Shown piece by piece: positions 10,950 through 25,282 of a stretch of 57,218 nt of DNA. Below the pieces are notes generated by a model. The model made no database searches and was not told the DNA's origin. It was given only the letters and a program-made list of their open reading frames with translations. Source of the DNA: Octopus bimaculoides (taxonomy: Eukaryota); the NCBI RefSeq assembly GCF_001194135.2, contig NC_068987.1:108662680-108719897 (forward strand), read 5' to 3'. The translations under genes and the position numbers were made by a program. The number at the start of each line of letters is the position of its first letter. The stretch's first letter is position 1.

Positions 10950-12460
10950 TATAATTGCCTTTAACAATAATTTTTGTTCTGAACCTAAATGTTGTAGGAG
11001 GCATTCTCAGTGTTTTTCTTTCAAACAGCATCAGCTCCTTGTTAGATAAACTTGCTCTCTGTGACACTACCAACTCAATCACATCATATATACCTCTTCA
11101 AATCCTAAATCCTTTGCAAGTCTCACAATATCATTCCAAATCTGATGTAAGCTTTCTTCTCCTTGAGGACAACTTGTAATATCAAGGATACTGTCTGGTT
11201 ATATATCAATACTTTTCCAATCACTCTTCAAAGTTGAAGGTTTCACTTCGTCCCATGACTCAACTATATTATCCACAGCATCGATTATGTTCAATTTTTT
11301 CCAGAATCTCTGACTGTAGGTTTATCTTACTTGTCAATTGCTTTCATAAGTTGTTTGAAAGTTCTTCTCATATAATATCTCTTGAAGTTAACTATCACAC
11401 TGTGATCTATTGTTTGGAGCAAAGAAGTTGTATTCTTGAACATATATTCTACTCTCACATTATCAGAAAGGTAATTGAAGGTTGTTTGTCTAAAAGAAGC
11501 TTTGCTTTGTTGGAAATCTGTTTGGCACTGTAGCTTTCTACAATAGGACCAAAAACAAAATGTCAACAGCTCTTTGAAAAGGCTCTGAGTCGTTCATGCC
11601 TTCTTATTTGAATGCTAAATCAGAGATAGATTAAACTTTGTGCAACCCTTGAAAGTCCTTAGATTTTCGGAGTGATACACCTGTAGGGGCTTTAATTTCA
11701 ACGAATTGATCAGATGTTGAAAAGAAAGAAGAAAAAAACATCGTGTGAATCAAGATTACAGTCATTGTTAATACCTTACTCCCTATAAAATCCTCAAGTG
11801 ACCCTGGAATAGAGGACTTGAGAAAACTTAACACAAACACTCTGCAGAGCAATAAGCATTTCTTTTCAGTTAATTTATATCTCACTGCTGGCATTTCCTC
11901 TCAAAAGAAGTGTCAGACGATTTTTGGAAGCTTTAAATTCTGGTGTTGATTTTCTTTCTTGAGAACTAAAGTTCTAGCAAGCATGCACTTCCAGAAAAGT
12001 CCCGTCCTATCATCATTGTATATTTTCTTTGATGTATAACCCGCTTCAGCAATCATTTCATTCAACTGGCCAGGATAATTAGTGGCAGCCTCAGTATGAG
12101 TGCTTCCAGTTTTCACCAGCCATTTTTATGTTGTGCAAATTCATGCGCTGCTTAAACCTTTCAAACTCGCCTTTACTAATCCAAAAGGGATTTTCATTAG
12201 AAGTTTCACCTCTTTTCTGCAAAACTCCATTGTATTAAAGACTTCTCTTAAATTTAGTTGACCCTAGTAAACCTGTTCTCTGAGCGTAGTTACAGGTTAC
12301 GAACTGCTTTCCCTAGATTTGCTTTCAACTTTTTTCTCACTTTTTCCAAGGCCCCAATGATAACTAGCTGTATCGTAAGCTTGTTAACTTCTCTATATCA
12401 GCACTTGAGGATTTAATAATCCAAGACGGGACACTACTCTAATTTTTCTTTATTTTTCTT
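10950..12460 (-). mobile_element. pogo/Tigger transposase relic (HTH-CENPB + DDE), multiple stops and frameshifts
   Basis: SKGEFERFKQRMNLHNIK, YNDDRTGLFWK, RLTLLLRGNAS, KLKPLQVYHSEN, SNKKA*, NTTSLLQTIDHSVIVNFKRYY in the correct order. Confidence 0.85.
11699..11869. other. 171-bp insertion inside the Tigger transposase, homologous to 15421-15597 (inverted)
   Basis: Flanked by TTAATTT at 11692-11698 and 11870-11876; removing it rejoins GNAS..KLKP. Confidence 0.75.
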
Positions 12461-12573
12461 CTTAATCTCGCATGCTACGTCAGTTTCAATACGTAGTTTG
12501 TATTTTTATCGGACTTTAATATCTGACCGAATGTGTTGTGTAATTCCTTGGTTTTGTATTGGAAATTTAAAAT

Positions 12574-12641
12574 TATTATTATTATTCTCATTACTACTAC
12601 TACTGCTGCTGCTACTGCTACTACTGCTGCTACAACTATTA

Positions 12642-12700
<59 letters not shown>
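12574..12700. repeat. Compound (ATT)/(ACT)/(GCT) trinucleotide repeat
   Basis: Direct reading. Confidence 0.95.
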
Positions 12701-12702
<2 letters not shown>

Positions 12703-12910
12703 GTTACACACGCGCTTGGGAGAGAAGGAGAAAGATGCTTATGTGTAAGTATATCTATTATTAAATTACCAAAAAGATGGTTTATATTACAGGAACCTCT
12801 ATAATTAGAAGATTTTTTGTTGAGCAAGAATATCTTCTTTCCCGCTCTTTGGTGCCAGAGAAACATTTTACTACTTTAACGTCTGCAAGTTTTATTTTAA
12901 TAGTTGCGTA

Positions 12911-12949
<39 letters not shown>

Positions 12950-13188
12950 ACACACGCACACACACACACAAACACATACACGCACATAAACACACAGACA
13001 CATATATGCACATATACACAGAGACAAACAGACACACACGCACACAGATGTGTGCATGCGTGTTACTACCCGTTGTTTTTTGAAGTTAAAGTTTATGTTG
13101 AAGACGATGGTGATGATGGTTACGACAAAGACAACGACAATGGCGGCGGGAAAAACGATAACGACATCGTGGACGTCGNNNNNNNNNN

Positions 13189-13257
<69 letters not shown>
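13189..13257. repeat. (GAC)n(GAT)n microsatellite next to a gap
   Basis: Direct reading. Confidence 0.95.
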
Positions 13258-13627
13258 GCATTCTTATCCATATTATTATAGATCTTTTGTCATATTTATA
13301 TTTTCCTTGCCAAAAAATCTCAGTCTTCAACTGTAAGGACAAGAGTCCTTAAACTAATGGTTTTCTCTTACATTCTCCAATGGTTTGCCGAAGACAATCA
13401 TAAAACCATAGACATAAATCTTGCACAATAATCATATAGCCATGCGCTTGTTCCGATGCACACAATCTCACTTTCTATCCATTTGATTATCGCTTTACGT
13501 ATCATTTCTTTGTTTTTTTTTGTGTTTTTTTATCACGACCATTATCGCTACGCTTTACTCTCACGGAGATAATTTCCTCTAAAGAGAGTAAAGACGACAC
13601 AATTCAATCCTTGTCTTCCATCCCTCA

Positions 13628-13652
13628 CTATCTATCTATCTATCTATCTATA

Positions 13653-13701
<49 letters not shown>

Positions 13702-13725
13702 GTCTATCTAACTACCTATCTATCT
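13628..13725. repeat. (ATCT)n microsatellite
   Basis: Direct reading. Confidence 0.95.
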
Positions 13726-13728
13726 CTG

Positions 13729-13815
13729 TAGCTGTGTGGTAAGAAGTTTGTTTCCCAACCACGTGGTTTCGTGTTCAGTCCCACTACACTTTGGGAAAAT
13801 GCCTTATACTACGAC
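13729..13815 (+). mobile_element. SINE family A head, diverged
   Basis: gctgtgtggtaagaagtttg...ccaaccacgtggtt...gttcagtcccact. Confidence 0.7.
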
Positions 13816-16304
13816 GGAGGGTTTATGTGCCTTACTATTAAACTATTTTCTATAGCCGTTGTCGCCGTTAACTTACGTATATACATTATGTATGTATACA
13901 TATGTATAATTCAAATGATATGTGAGCATATTCATATATACATACATATATGTACATACCTACATCTACATGTATATATAGATGCATATCCGGGTACAGG
14001 ACGTCAAAGAAACGTGGACAAAAAAAGGAACGGGAACATAAACAAAGCACAAAAAACGAACTTTTTTACGGACAACAGAATGAACACATAGGAAAACTGA
14101 CAAGTCACTTATGGAACTTGATATATAGAGAGAAGGGGGAGGGTGATAGAAAGAGAAAATGCATGTATCTGCGTATGAGAGAGAAGTAGTGTGTACCAAT
14201 GTATGAGAGAGAGAGTGAAAGAGAGAGAGGATGGTGGAAATTGAGATACGCAAAGTGGCCAAATCTAGCCTACCCAATAGGTGATGTGTATTAGATCTAT
14301 GGGTTATGTGCTAATGGACCTAGTGGTTTGAAGATGATGACGATTAGGGTGATGATAGAGGTGGTGGTCTTAGCATGTTCTAGCGATCCTGATGGTAATG
14401 ATACTAGAGAGTTAGTAAACAGAAGGTGACGACCTCTATGAGATTTTCAATGACGGTGATAGTGAAGAAGTAGAAATAGATAAGATTTTATTAATTCGTC
14501 GAAATATTGAGGTACAACAGAGACGTCATTTGTTAGAGAGTGAACAAGGGTACCACTTTCTATAATATGTATAAAGCATGACATATGAAACAGCAGAAAA
14601 ACACCAAGATTTTCGCAATATGCTTAAATAAACTCACATACAAACAATAGAAAAACTTAAATACATCTAGACCTATGCTAATATTTCCTCCAATTCCTGG
14701 AATTGAATCTAGACAGGTATTATATATATTGGCTCCGAAATGACGGAAAGGAACTTTGACTTCGGTGACATTTGAACGCGGAACGCAATCTCTCCTAATA
14801 AATCTCGTATGGTATTCTATCCGATACTCTATCAGCTTTACTAATTCTATGCATTGAAGGTTTTGACGGTAATGTTACATTATTGACTATTTCTTTGTAC
14901 GTACGTACATACGTATGTATGTAATATGAATATATGTATATATGTACGTACGTTTGTAGGTATTTATGTCACGACCCTTCATGTATGCTTCTACATCTGC
15001 ATGTACATACGTATGCATGTGTGTCTATGCCCACGTATGTATGCTTTCTGTACCTTCGTGTATATATGTACATGTGTATGTATTCCTGTGTCGGCTCTTA
15101 CAACATATAGCGCTGTAGATTGTTTTTCCTAGATCATGATTTATAGGAAGGTAAAACTTGGATGGCATTTGAGGTCAACTGCTGATTACATGCGAATGTC
15201 GTCCACATAAACGTGTCATAATCGACATTTTCAATCGCATCTTAAATAACTTGACGCTATTTTTTATTATCATTAGTTATTTTGTAATTACCCCTTTCCA
15301 TTTTCTCGCAAAAACATAAACATTCTTATTGTGAAGTATTGAAGCAATCACATAATTCCAGGATAGGCTTCATTCTCGGTTAACTATTGCCTCGTTTCTC
15401 GGGTTGTATCGTTAAAATAACTAAAAAGAAATGATTATTGCTATGCAGTGTGTTTATGTTAATGTCCCTCAAGTCCTCTACTTCGAGCTCACTTGAAGAG
15501 TTTATAGCAAGTAAGGTATTAACAATCACTCCAATCCTGATTCACAAGGTATATTTCTCTTCTTGCTTTTCAACACCTGATCTATTGGCTGAAGTATATN
15601 NNNNNNNNNNNNNNNNNNNNNNNNNNNNNNNNNNNNNNNNNNNNNNNNNNNNNNNNNNNNNNNNNNNNNNNNNNNNNNNNNNNNNNNNNNNNNNNNNNNN
15701 NNNNNNNNNNNNNNNNNNNNNNNNNNNNNNNNNNNNNNNNNNNNNNNNNNNNNNNNNNNNNNNNNNNNNNNNNNNNNNNNNNNNNNNNNNNNNNNNNNNN
15801 NNNNNNNNNNNNNNNNNNNNNNNNNNNNNNNNNNNNNNNNNNNNNNNNNNNNNNNNNNNNNNNNNNNNNNNNNNNNNNNNNNNNNNNNNNNNNNNNNNNN
15901 NNNNNNNNNNNNNNNNNNNNNNNNNNNNNNNNNNNNNNNNNNNNNNNNNNNNNNNNNNNNNNNNNNNNNNNNNNNNNNNNNNNNNNNNNNNNNNNNNNNN
16001 NNNNNNNNNNNNNNNNNNNNNNNNNNNNNNNNNNNNNNNNNNNNNNNNNNNNNNNNNNNNNNNNNNNNNNNNNNNNNNNNNNNNNNNNNNNNNNNNNNNN
16101 NNNNNNNNNTATATATTAATGTGTGTGTGTGTGTGTATGATTTCTACTTTATATCACGCCGTATTCTAACGCTCTTCGGGAAGATCTTGAGCCTCTTCCC
16201 GACATCTCTTCTGTGATGAGACTTCTTTTATATCACGATTTCTTTGGTAGTTCCCAGCTTATCTTAATTCAAGTATATTCTAATATTAATGTAGTGGAGG
16301 GAGT

Positions 16305-16513
16305 CGGGCTGGAGGAAGCGTTACGGTGCAGGACAAAATGCTTAGCGGCGTTTCGTCAATCTTTGCTTTCTGAGTTAAAATGCAATCGAGCTCAACTTTG
16401 CCTTTCATTCTTTCGGGATCGATAAAATAAGTACCAGTTGAGTGATGGGGTCGGAGTAATCTACTTACCCCTGCCCTGTAAATTGCTGGCCATATGCGAA
16501 AATTTGAAACCAA
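16305..16513 (+). mobile_element. SINE family B (B3-type tail), diverged
   Basis: aaatgcttagcggcgtttcgtc...tttgcctttcattctttcgggatcgataaaataagtaccag...aaattgctggcc...aaatttgaaacca. Confidence 0.85.
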
Positions 16514-16529
16514 TATCAGTGTACTGGAT

Positions 16530-17520
16530 CTAGTCTATAGTACAGTCAAGTATCCAAAATGTTACTACCACTCACTAATAGTCCTGATAAAGTATTACGA
16601 GATATCGTTGTATGAAAAATCATCTTCAGTTTGTATATTACTTTTGAGAGCGGTGTAATACAGTTGATCACCCTATCCTTACTAGCAATGCTTTTATATG
16701 ATACATGTTCATGTCAATACCTAGATACTTGTAGCACATAGTGTTTGTAGCAAAATTGATATTGATGTGAATGTTTTCAGTTCGCAGAACATTTTCCCTG
16801 CGTACACTGTGTTAAATATGAACATTTCTTTTGGCCAAATTTCATCTTTATATTAGCTGAAAACAATATTATTATATATAGCTATTTCTCGGCACATTGA
16901 AAATTTTTCGATCGTTAGCAAAGAAATGATGGGTTGCAGTAGTATTTATTGTTGTTGTAGACCCTACCATAAAACCATTCGATTTTTGTTGGAGAAATAA
17001 CAATGGATTTACTGCCAAAATAGACAGAAGCAGAGTGAGACTGTCTCCTTTAAATATTTCTTTTGAAAGATATATAGCATCAAAAACAATCATTGTGCGT
17101 TCAGTTATAATGATAAGGATGGTAACTGACTAGGTCTTTGTGAACCTTTGAATAATAGCAACTATGACAGTGAGTACGTTTGCCAAATGCAATGATTTCA
17201 ACAGCAGTGGAGGGGAAGAGTCAAACGACATTCTGTATTCATACCATACTGTTACGAATTGTTCAACATATCCCTCACCTGCTCTCTCTCGCTCTCCTTT
17301 TCTCTTCTTCTCCTTCTCTCCCTTTCTCCCCCTCTTTATTCCACTCTCTTTCTCTCCCTCTTTTTCTGCACATATCAACTCATCAATCACCATTTTGCCG
17401 GACTCACAATGGTTTTGGAGGAATTGATAAAGACAGCTTGCGTAAAGCTTATAAAAATGTTTCAACGCCTAATGGGGCCATAGTTTTCTTCCAAGTAGGC
17501 GTTTTCACTGTAGGTGTCAA
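16530..17520 (-). mobile_element. R4/Dong-clade reverse transcriptase relic, heavily decayed
   Basis: Colinear: NYGPI, FYKLYASCL, VWYEYRMSFDS (cf. WxDYxKAFDS), EIFKGDSLT (cf. GIFQGDSLS), HFFANDRKIF (cf. LFxDDLKL), MKFGQKKC, YKYLGI. Confidence 0.75.
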
Positions 17521-19000
17521 AATTTATTCGTGCTGCGGCAAACCAGTTTGCTTGTCGCAGCAGGCACACATTTCAACATAGTTTACCTTTTAAAAATAAA
17601 CAAGGCTGCACTCAGTAGAAAATTAATATTCTGTAATAGTAACTATTACATGTCGAGCTTTATTGCAACTTTCAGAGTTAGTAGAGAAAGTTTGGCGCTG
17701 GAATAGTATTGAAACCTGATTATACCTAATCGTAATGTTTCTCCGAGAGAGTGGCAAAATTATAAAGGGTTTTCTCAATTAAATCCAATGTCGTACACAT
17801 GTCTCACTAACGTTTTCTTTCATTACTTGGTCCGTTTTGCATTTTATAAAGCCCTATAACGATGGATGCATGGCGCTGTCTTGAAAAGTCACATCTGCGC
17901 TCATGCAAAGATGAAGGTAATTCAGAACAACATGGATGAATGTCGGGCAGCCATCATTTGACAAGAAGAAGCAATCATCATGTATGCATGTGTCCATGTA
18001 TGTATGTATGTATGTATGTATGTATCTATCTAACTATCTATCTATCTATCTATGTAATTGTTCAGTTTTATTTCAAGAATGACATGTCTGTCTGTCTGTC
18101 TGTATGTATTCATTATTCAGTTTTATTTCAAAATTTCTTGCCAATAGAGGAAGAACCGGTTTCTAACCTAGATCCAAGGATCCTTCATTAGAATTTCAAC
18201 AATAGCAACAGAGTATTTTTGCTTGTATGCATACGTGCAGTTTTCTGTGTTTTGTTTTATGTATGCATTCTCATGCATATAGTTGCATGTCTAGACATGC
18301 TGATATATACTTAAATGATAAACTTCTCGAAAGCTTTACAGATTTTAATCTTCGAATCAGTTTTCTCATTTCTGGTTTTGAGAAGCCAAATTTCTCAAGA
18401 TTGGTATTTAGGCAGTGTGTTACATATCCCAGTGCTCCAATAATTACAGGTATAAACCTGAAATATGTATGTATGTATGTTTGTGCGTACGTATGTATGA
18501 AATGTATGTATTTGAGACGTTAGAATAAAATTTGAAGGCTGATTCGTCATTATTTCTGTCCAGGAGATCAAACGATAGCGAAGTTAATATATTGTTGACA
18601 TGATGGTGTTAGTGTTCATGCCAGTGGTTAGTTTATATTTATATCATTTTCCTCTTACGACAGCTTTCACCTAATTATAAATTGGTGCAATGTTAATAGT
18701 AGTGAACATTGTGCTGTTGGGAACGGTTACTATAGTGATGTTGGTAGTGGTTATCGAAGTGGTGGTGGAAGCAGAGGTGCTTATAATGGTGATGAGGTTC
18801 TTGTTCGTTGTCTTGAAAGTGTAAGCAATGGTAGGAATGGAAATAACATCGTAGTAGCAGTGGTGTGACGTAAAAGTTATTACCAAGGGTTATGATAAAG
18901 GAGACATATTACCTGCAGTAGAAATAGTTCTACTAATGCCCGTGGTTCTTGAAGAAGACTGGATTTGTAGTGGTAACCATAAATGCAATAAGGATACAAC

Positions 19001-19193
19001 CAGGGGCGTATATTCCGGGTGTGCTAGATATGTGCGGCACACCCAACGAAAATGACAAAATCATTATAAATATTAGTCTTACTCATTAATTTATTCATAA
19101 ATCTTAAAGGAAAATTGTTGTAATAACCTTGCTCGAAATTCGTGGTATTGGGTGTGGCACTATACCCAATACAGCAACCATCATATGCTACTG
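19001..19193. mobile_element. hAT-type MITE
   Basis: Perfect 8-bp TSD GATACAAC (18993-19000, 19194-19201); CAG...CTG termini with 8/11 TIR match; subterminal hairpins at both ends. Confidence 0.88.
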
Positions 19194-19232
19194 GATACAA
19201 CAGTGTTGTATAAGTAGAAGTTGTTGTATAGT

Positions 19233-19457
19233 GAAACGTTAGCACGCCGGGCGAAATGCTTAGCAGTATTTCGTCTGCCGTTACGTTCTGAGTTCAAATT
19301 CCGCCGAGGTCGGCTATGCCTTTCATCCTTTAGGGGTCGATGAATTAAGTACCAGTTACGCACTGGGGTCGATGTAATTGACTTAATCTCTTTGTCTGTC
19401 CTTGTTTGTCCCCTCTATGTTTAGCCCCTTGTGGGCAATAAAAAAATAAGAAAATAA
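19233..19457 (+). mobile_element. SINE family B1, starting at GAAAC
   Basis: Near-consensus body, B box gttcaaattcc; GAAAC recurs right after the tail (19458-19462). Confidence 0.92.
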
Positions 19458-19462
19458 GAAAC

Positions 19463-19761
19463 TGTACGCCCTCCCGGTGAACAGTGGTAGTAGTCAGCCA
19501 TTATAAATAGACCAGTAGCCGATCGACAAGAGATGGCTAGAAGGTCGAGAGTACGTGTAGACTGTGTTGATAGTCGTGTCTGTGCTGATATAGTGACTAT
19601 ACTGTGATACTGAGTGGACATTATAACGATCTAACCTTTTGAGGAAAATAATACTGTACGACTGGAGATCGTACAGTGCCAGATAGAACCATTCTGTCGG
19701 TGACATCGGAATATAAGGATATCGATCAGAGCGACAACCGTCGTCAAAGACAGACACGACA
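19463..19761. mobile_element. Candidate solo LTR
   Basis: TGT...ACA ends, tataaatag near 19503, internal 9-bp hairpin; no clean TSD or polyA signal. Confidence 0.3.
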
Positions 19762-19805
19762 GAGGCAAAAGACCGCTTTGCAACAGTTTAGGCTTTCAAT
19801 GGTGC

Positions 19806-20948
<1,143 letters not shown>

Positions 20949-22297
20949 TGTAATGTGTTGACAATATTAGTAATGGTAATGAAAAGGACAAAGAAAACTA
21001 TGGTCTTCATACAAAACCATTCAGAGCACTAATACCGCCATTACAATATCGCTTTTGTCATACTTCAACAGTTTTGGTAACAACGCGACGACATGTTTCT
21101 CCGAACTGCTAGAAAAAGCAGTTATACCAACCCTTGTATCATACAGCTCTACAGTTTGATAGCGCTTGTGTGATGGTCAGGTCACTGGATGGAACAAGAC
21201 AGTTATAAAACAATCGCTGAGTGAGAAGCGAAGACAATCGAGCTGCCAATAATGAAAGCATGTTCCTAAAAGCACGAGAATAATTCGGGTATTATAATGA
21301 AACGTTTTTAAATAAAGGGTTCTGCGATATGATTACATAAAAGGAACTAAGAGCATCCTGCCTGTGAACGATAATAGGAAAAGAAACATTTAATGTTACT
21401 ATTCAATATTTAATCTACGAGAAAGAAATTATATAGCGAGGGAATTCTATAATTTGATAGATTACCATTATTCGTCGAGGCATAAAATATCTTTTATAGT
21501 TTATTGTATTGTCTATAGCTTACTAGTTTCATATATATACATATATATATATNNNNNNNNNNNNNNNNNNNNNNNNNNNNNNNNNNNNNNNNNNNNNNNN
21601 NNNNNNNNNNNNNNNNNNNNNNNNNNNNNNNNNNNNNNNNNNNNNNNNNNNNNNNNNNNNNNNNNNNNNNNNNNNNNNNNNNNNNNNNNNNNNNNNNNNN
21701 NNNNNNNNNNNNNNNNNNNNNNNNNNNNNNNNNNNNNNNNNNNNNNNNNNNNNNNNNNNNNNNNNNNNNNNNNNNNNNNNNNNNNNNNNNNNNNNNNNNN
21801 NNNNNNNNNNNNNNNNNNNNNNNNNNNNNNNNNNNNNNNNNNNNNNNNNNNNNNNNNNNNNNNNNNNNNNNNNNNNNNNNNNNNNNNNNNNNNNNNNNNN
21901 NNNNNNNNNNNNNNNNNNNNNNNNNNNNNNNNNNNNNNNNNNNNNNNNNNNNNNNNNNNNNNNNNNNNNNNNNNNNNNNNNNNNNNNNNNNNNNNNNNNN
22001 NNNNNNNNNNNNNNNNNNNNNNNNNNNNNNNNNNNNNNNNNNTATATATATATATATATATATATGCATGTATTATGTAATAATGATATAACGCAAAGAT
22101 GGAAGTTAACAAGCTTTAATAGTAGATCATGACGTTCGTTTCTGCTTTCCAAAGCAGCTTTAATTTGCTAGGTTCATATGGCATTGTGTAAAATTACTCT
22201 AAACAATTACTATATTTTTGAACAACGTTTCCTCATCGGGTGAAGTGCGATCAAGAACTGCGAGTTTTCTGAATTTACTATCTCAAAAATGTACAAT

Positions 22298-22597
22298 AGT
22301 GGCTGTGTGATAAGTAGCTTGCTTACCAATCACATGGTTCTGGGTTGAGTCCCACTGCGTGGCACCTTGGGCAAGTTATCTACTATAGTCTTGGGCCGAC
22401 CAAAGCCTTGTGATTGGATATGGTAGACTAAAACTGAAAGAAGCCCATCGTATATAGATAGATAGATAGATAGATATATAGATGTATATATGTATGTGTT
22501 TGAGTGTCTGTGTTTGTCCCCCCTCCATCGCTTGCCAACCGACGTTGGTGTGTTTAGGTCCCCGTAACCTAGCGGTTCGGCAAAGATCCCGATAGAA
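22298..22597 (+). mobile_element. SINE family A, 3'-truncated, internal (GATA)n
   Basis: Head, ccttgggcaag body, internal microsatellite, 3' module to gatagaa. Confidence 0.92.
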
Positions 22598-22699
22598 GCA
22601 CACGTAGAGAGCTGCTATTGAAATGTATAGTAATTGTTTAGAGTAATGTTACATATCACTGTATGAATATAAGCTCGGTAACTTAAAACTGGCGTGAGG

Positions 22700-22860
22700 T
22701 GCAGGAACGTACGTCGTGTTTAACTATAAAAGCCTGCCAACTTGCATTTTCGTGCATCCTTTCCGGGTCGATAAAATAAATACCCGTTGAATACTGGAGT
22801 CCTTGTAATCGACTCGTCCCCACCCCTCAAAATTACTCCCCTTCTGGCAAAATTTGAAAC
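22700..22860 (+). mobile_element. SINE family B (B3), old
   Basis: catcctttccgggtcgataaaataaatacc...gtaatcgact...aaatttgaaac. Confidence 0.7.
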
Positions 22861-23019
22861 ATTATTATCATTCTTAATGTGGTTGTTGTTATCATTCCTT
22901 CGTAACACGGTGAAGGTTAAAATGCACCAGAGTTTTTAGTCATCTGTGAAGTCACAACAAGGACCTCATCCAGATAATGCTTTCCTTATGATGTGCGCTG
23001 ATAATAATAATTATATATA

Positions 23020-23348
23020 TAACGAGGATTCACACAGTTTCCATTTACCAAATTCACTAACAAACTATTGTGCAGACTTGTAGCTATACGAAGAGTGTAT
23101 GGAAACTTTTCAGCTTTCAAGATCTTTGAGCCTTGAAGTCTTGTACCTTCATGGGAAGTCTTGTATCATGTATTGTTTTTTTGTTTTGTTTTGTTTTGTT
23201 TTGGGGGGGTTTTTTTGTTTTTTTGTTATTTTTTTGAGGCTGAAGACTTTTCATTCTTTTCGAAGCAGATCACACTTGCAGAACGTGTCTTGCAATGGAA
23301 CTGAACCCGGAATCGCGTGCCTGCAAAGCGACCTTCTAAACCATACAG
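23020..23348 (-). mobile_element. Old SINE-A head interrupted by a mariner-type MITE (23089-23262)
   Basis: MITE matches 36899-37005 with an expanded T tract; flanks rejoin as an A head (ttaccaaattcact..., gaactgaacccggaa). Confidence 0.7.
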
Positions 23349-24639
23349 TTTTGTACGTCTACGTTAACTTTATTATAGTTTATAATTTATTTCATCTGAT
23401 TTACGCTTCTCATGCATAAAGTAGGTATTAATTAATGACGAGCTGCCAAAATACGTACGGATACAAATTTTGTCATCCACAACAGAGATTTGCTAATTTA
23501 TCTCTGCCTATATTGCAATTGAGCCTTCTTACCGTTTGGGTAAGAAACCCGGGTATCTCTTCTCTAGGAAACGGTCAACAAACCATGAAACACTGTCAAG
23601 AGAAATCTTAATTTTTCTAAACACTATGAAATAAGCACATACACTCACAAGTATGTGTGCTGGGATATGCATGTATGCACGAGTATAAAAGGTTATATGA
23701 ATACACCCGTACAAGTGTGTATACATATACATTGATATGTGAGTGTTGTTGTTGCAGACAAATATTTCAGCGGTAGAATGCTTCATCTATATCCATTTAT
23801 CTAGATATATAAGTTCCCATATGCAATTGCATGTAAGAATTTGTCATCATTTATATAAATATAAATAGCCACGCTAGGAACACATCAGAATAGACAAATA
23901 AATATTTTATGGAAATCCAGTCTTCTTAATCCATACTTTTTTGTAAAAGATATTACCATTTTTTAAACGAAAGGTTCTGATGCCAACACTAAATTCGACA
24001 TTTATCTGACCTATGCTATGTGACAAATTGAACTGGCACTATTTGTAAGCATATTTTTAGGAACACTAAAATAAAACTCTATTTATATAAAAAGAGCCTC
24101 GATTAATTATGAAGACCATCATCCGATATAAATTATGAATTCCTTAAGACACAACTCTTACCCTCTTACATTTGCGCGTGACTGAACTCCCGAACAATCA
24201 CAAAATTCCGTATCAAACCAGAATAACTGGCTCCAATATCCCTGTCTATCAACTCACATCCTACAAGCATATACCCTACTCCCCCTTTCCTTCCCAATTC
24301 TCTCTCCTATACAATCACTTCCAAATTTAATTATCATACGTCTTACTCCACCCTGCGGAAAGCCATATAAAGCAAAATTAAAAATGAAGAAAATAAACCA
24401 CAGCCCAAGTATGGTTAGTGAGTCGAAACTTCGAAGTCACTTATTAATAAATGTTTATATATGTGTGTGTGTATGTGCGTGTGTGTGTATGTGCGTGTGT
24501 TTGTATTGTGTGTCTTTATGTTTGTGCGTACGTGTGTGTGTGTGCATGCTTGTGTGCGCGCGCTGGTCTATGTATGTTTGTGATTATGTGCATAGAGTGG
24601 GAGTGGAAAGACATAAATACAAGCCCATATCATATACAC

Positions 24640-24775
24640 ACATACTATGGTCTTCCAAATCGTCTCCGTCTACCAAATCCATTCCAAAGGCATTTATTGA
24701 CCCAAGGTGCCGCGCAGTAGGGCTGAACCCCAAACCACATGGTAACAACTCAAGCTTCTTAAACACACAACCATG
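24640..24775 (-). mobile_element. SINE family A head, old
   Basis: ccgtctaccaaatcc...cccaaggtgccgcgcagtagggctgaaccc. Confidence 0.75.
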
Positions 24776-25094
24776 CACTTCAGCGTGGCGGTGATCAGAA
24801 CCTCGGCCGACCGACTCGAACCCCTTTAAAGTAGTCCGGATCCCCTTGGCGGGCGACGGTCACCTATAACGTGGCTGCTCCGCCGCCGGCTCCTGGCGAT
24901 TTTGAGTGACGACTAACTGATTGATTACACGCCCATTTGAGCGAGCGGGACTATCCGTTTAAAATTTGTTTTGCTGTAAATGGAAAAAGGTGTGTTCGAT
25001 GCTTTGTTTTGCTTTGTTGAGCCCCTGGCCGATTATTGGTTTCCCAAAGCGTGCCTCCTCAAAGGAAAGCCGATCCGTTGCAAGGTCAGCAAAT

Positions 25095-25282
25095 TTTAGG
25101 AGAGAGGGCAAGTCTATCACATCAATTCCAGTATTTCATTGGAGTCGATTTAACAAACTCGCCTTTTAACGACCTCGAAGGGGTGAAAGGCAAAGTTACC
25201 TCGGCCTCATTTGCACTCGGAACTTAAAAAGCCAGAAGAAACGCCGCACAACATTTTGTCCGACATACTAACGACTCTGCTA
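25095..25282 (-). mobile_element. SINE family B, old
   Basis: ggggtgaaaggcaaagttacctcggcctcatttgcactcggaac. Confidence 0.65.

Noticed and set aside
16176-16202. 9-bp hairpin
   Set aside because: Short and isolated; compatible with chance.
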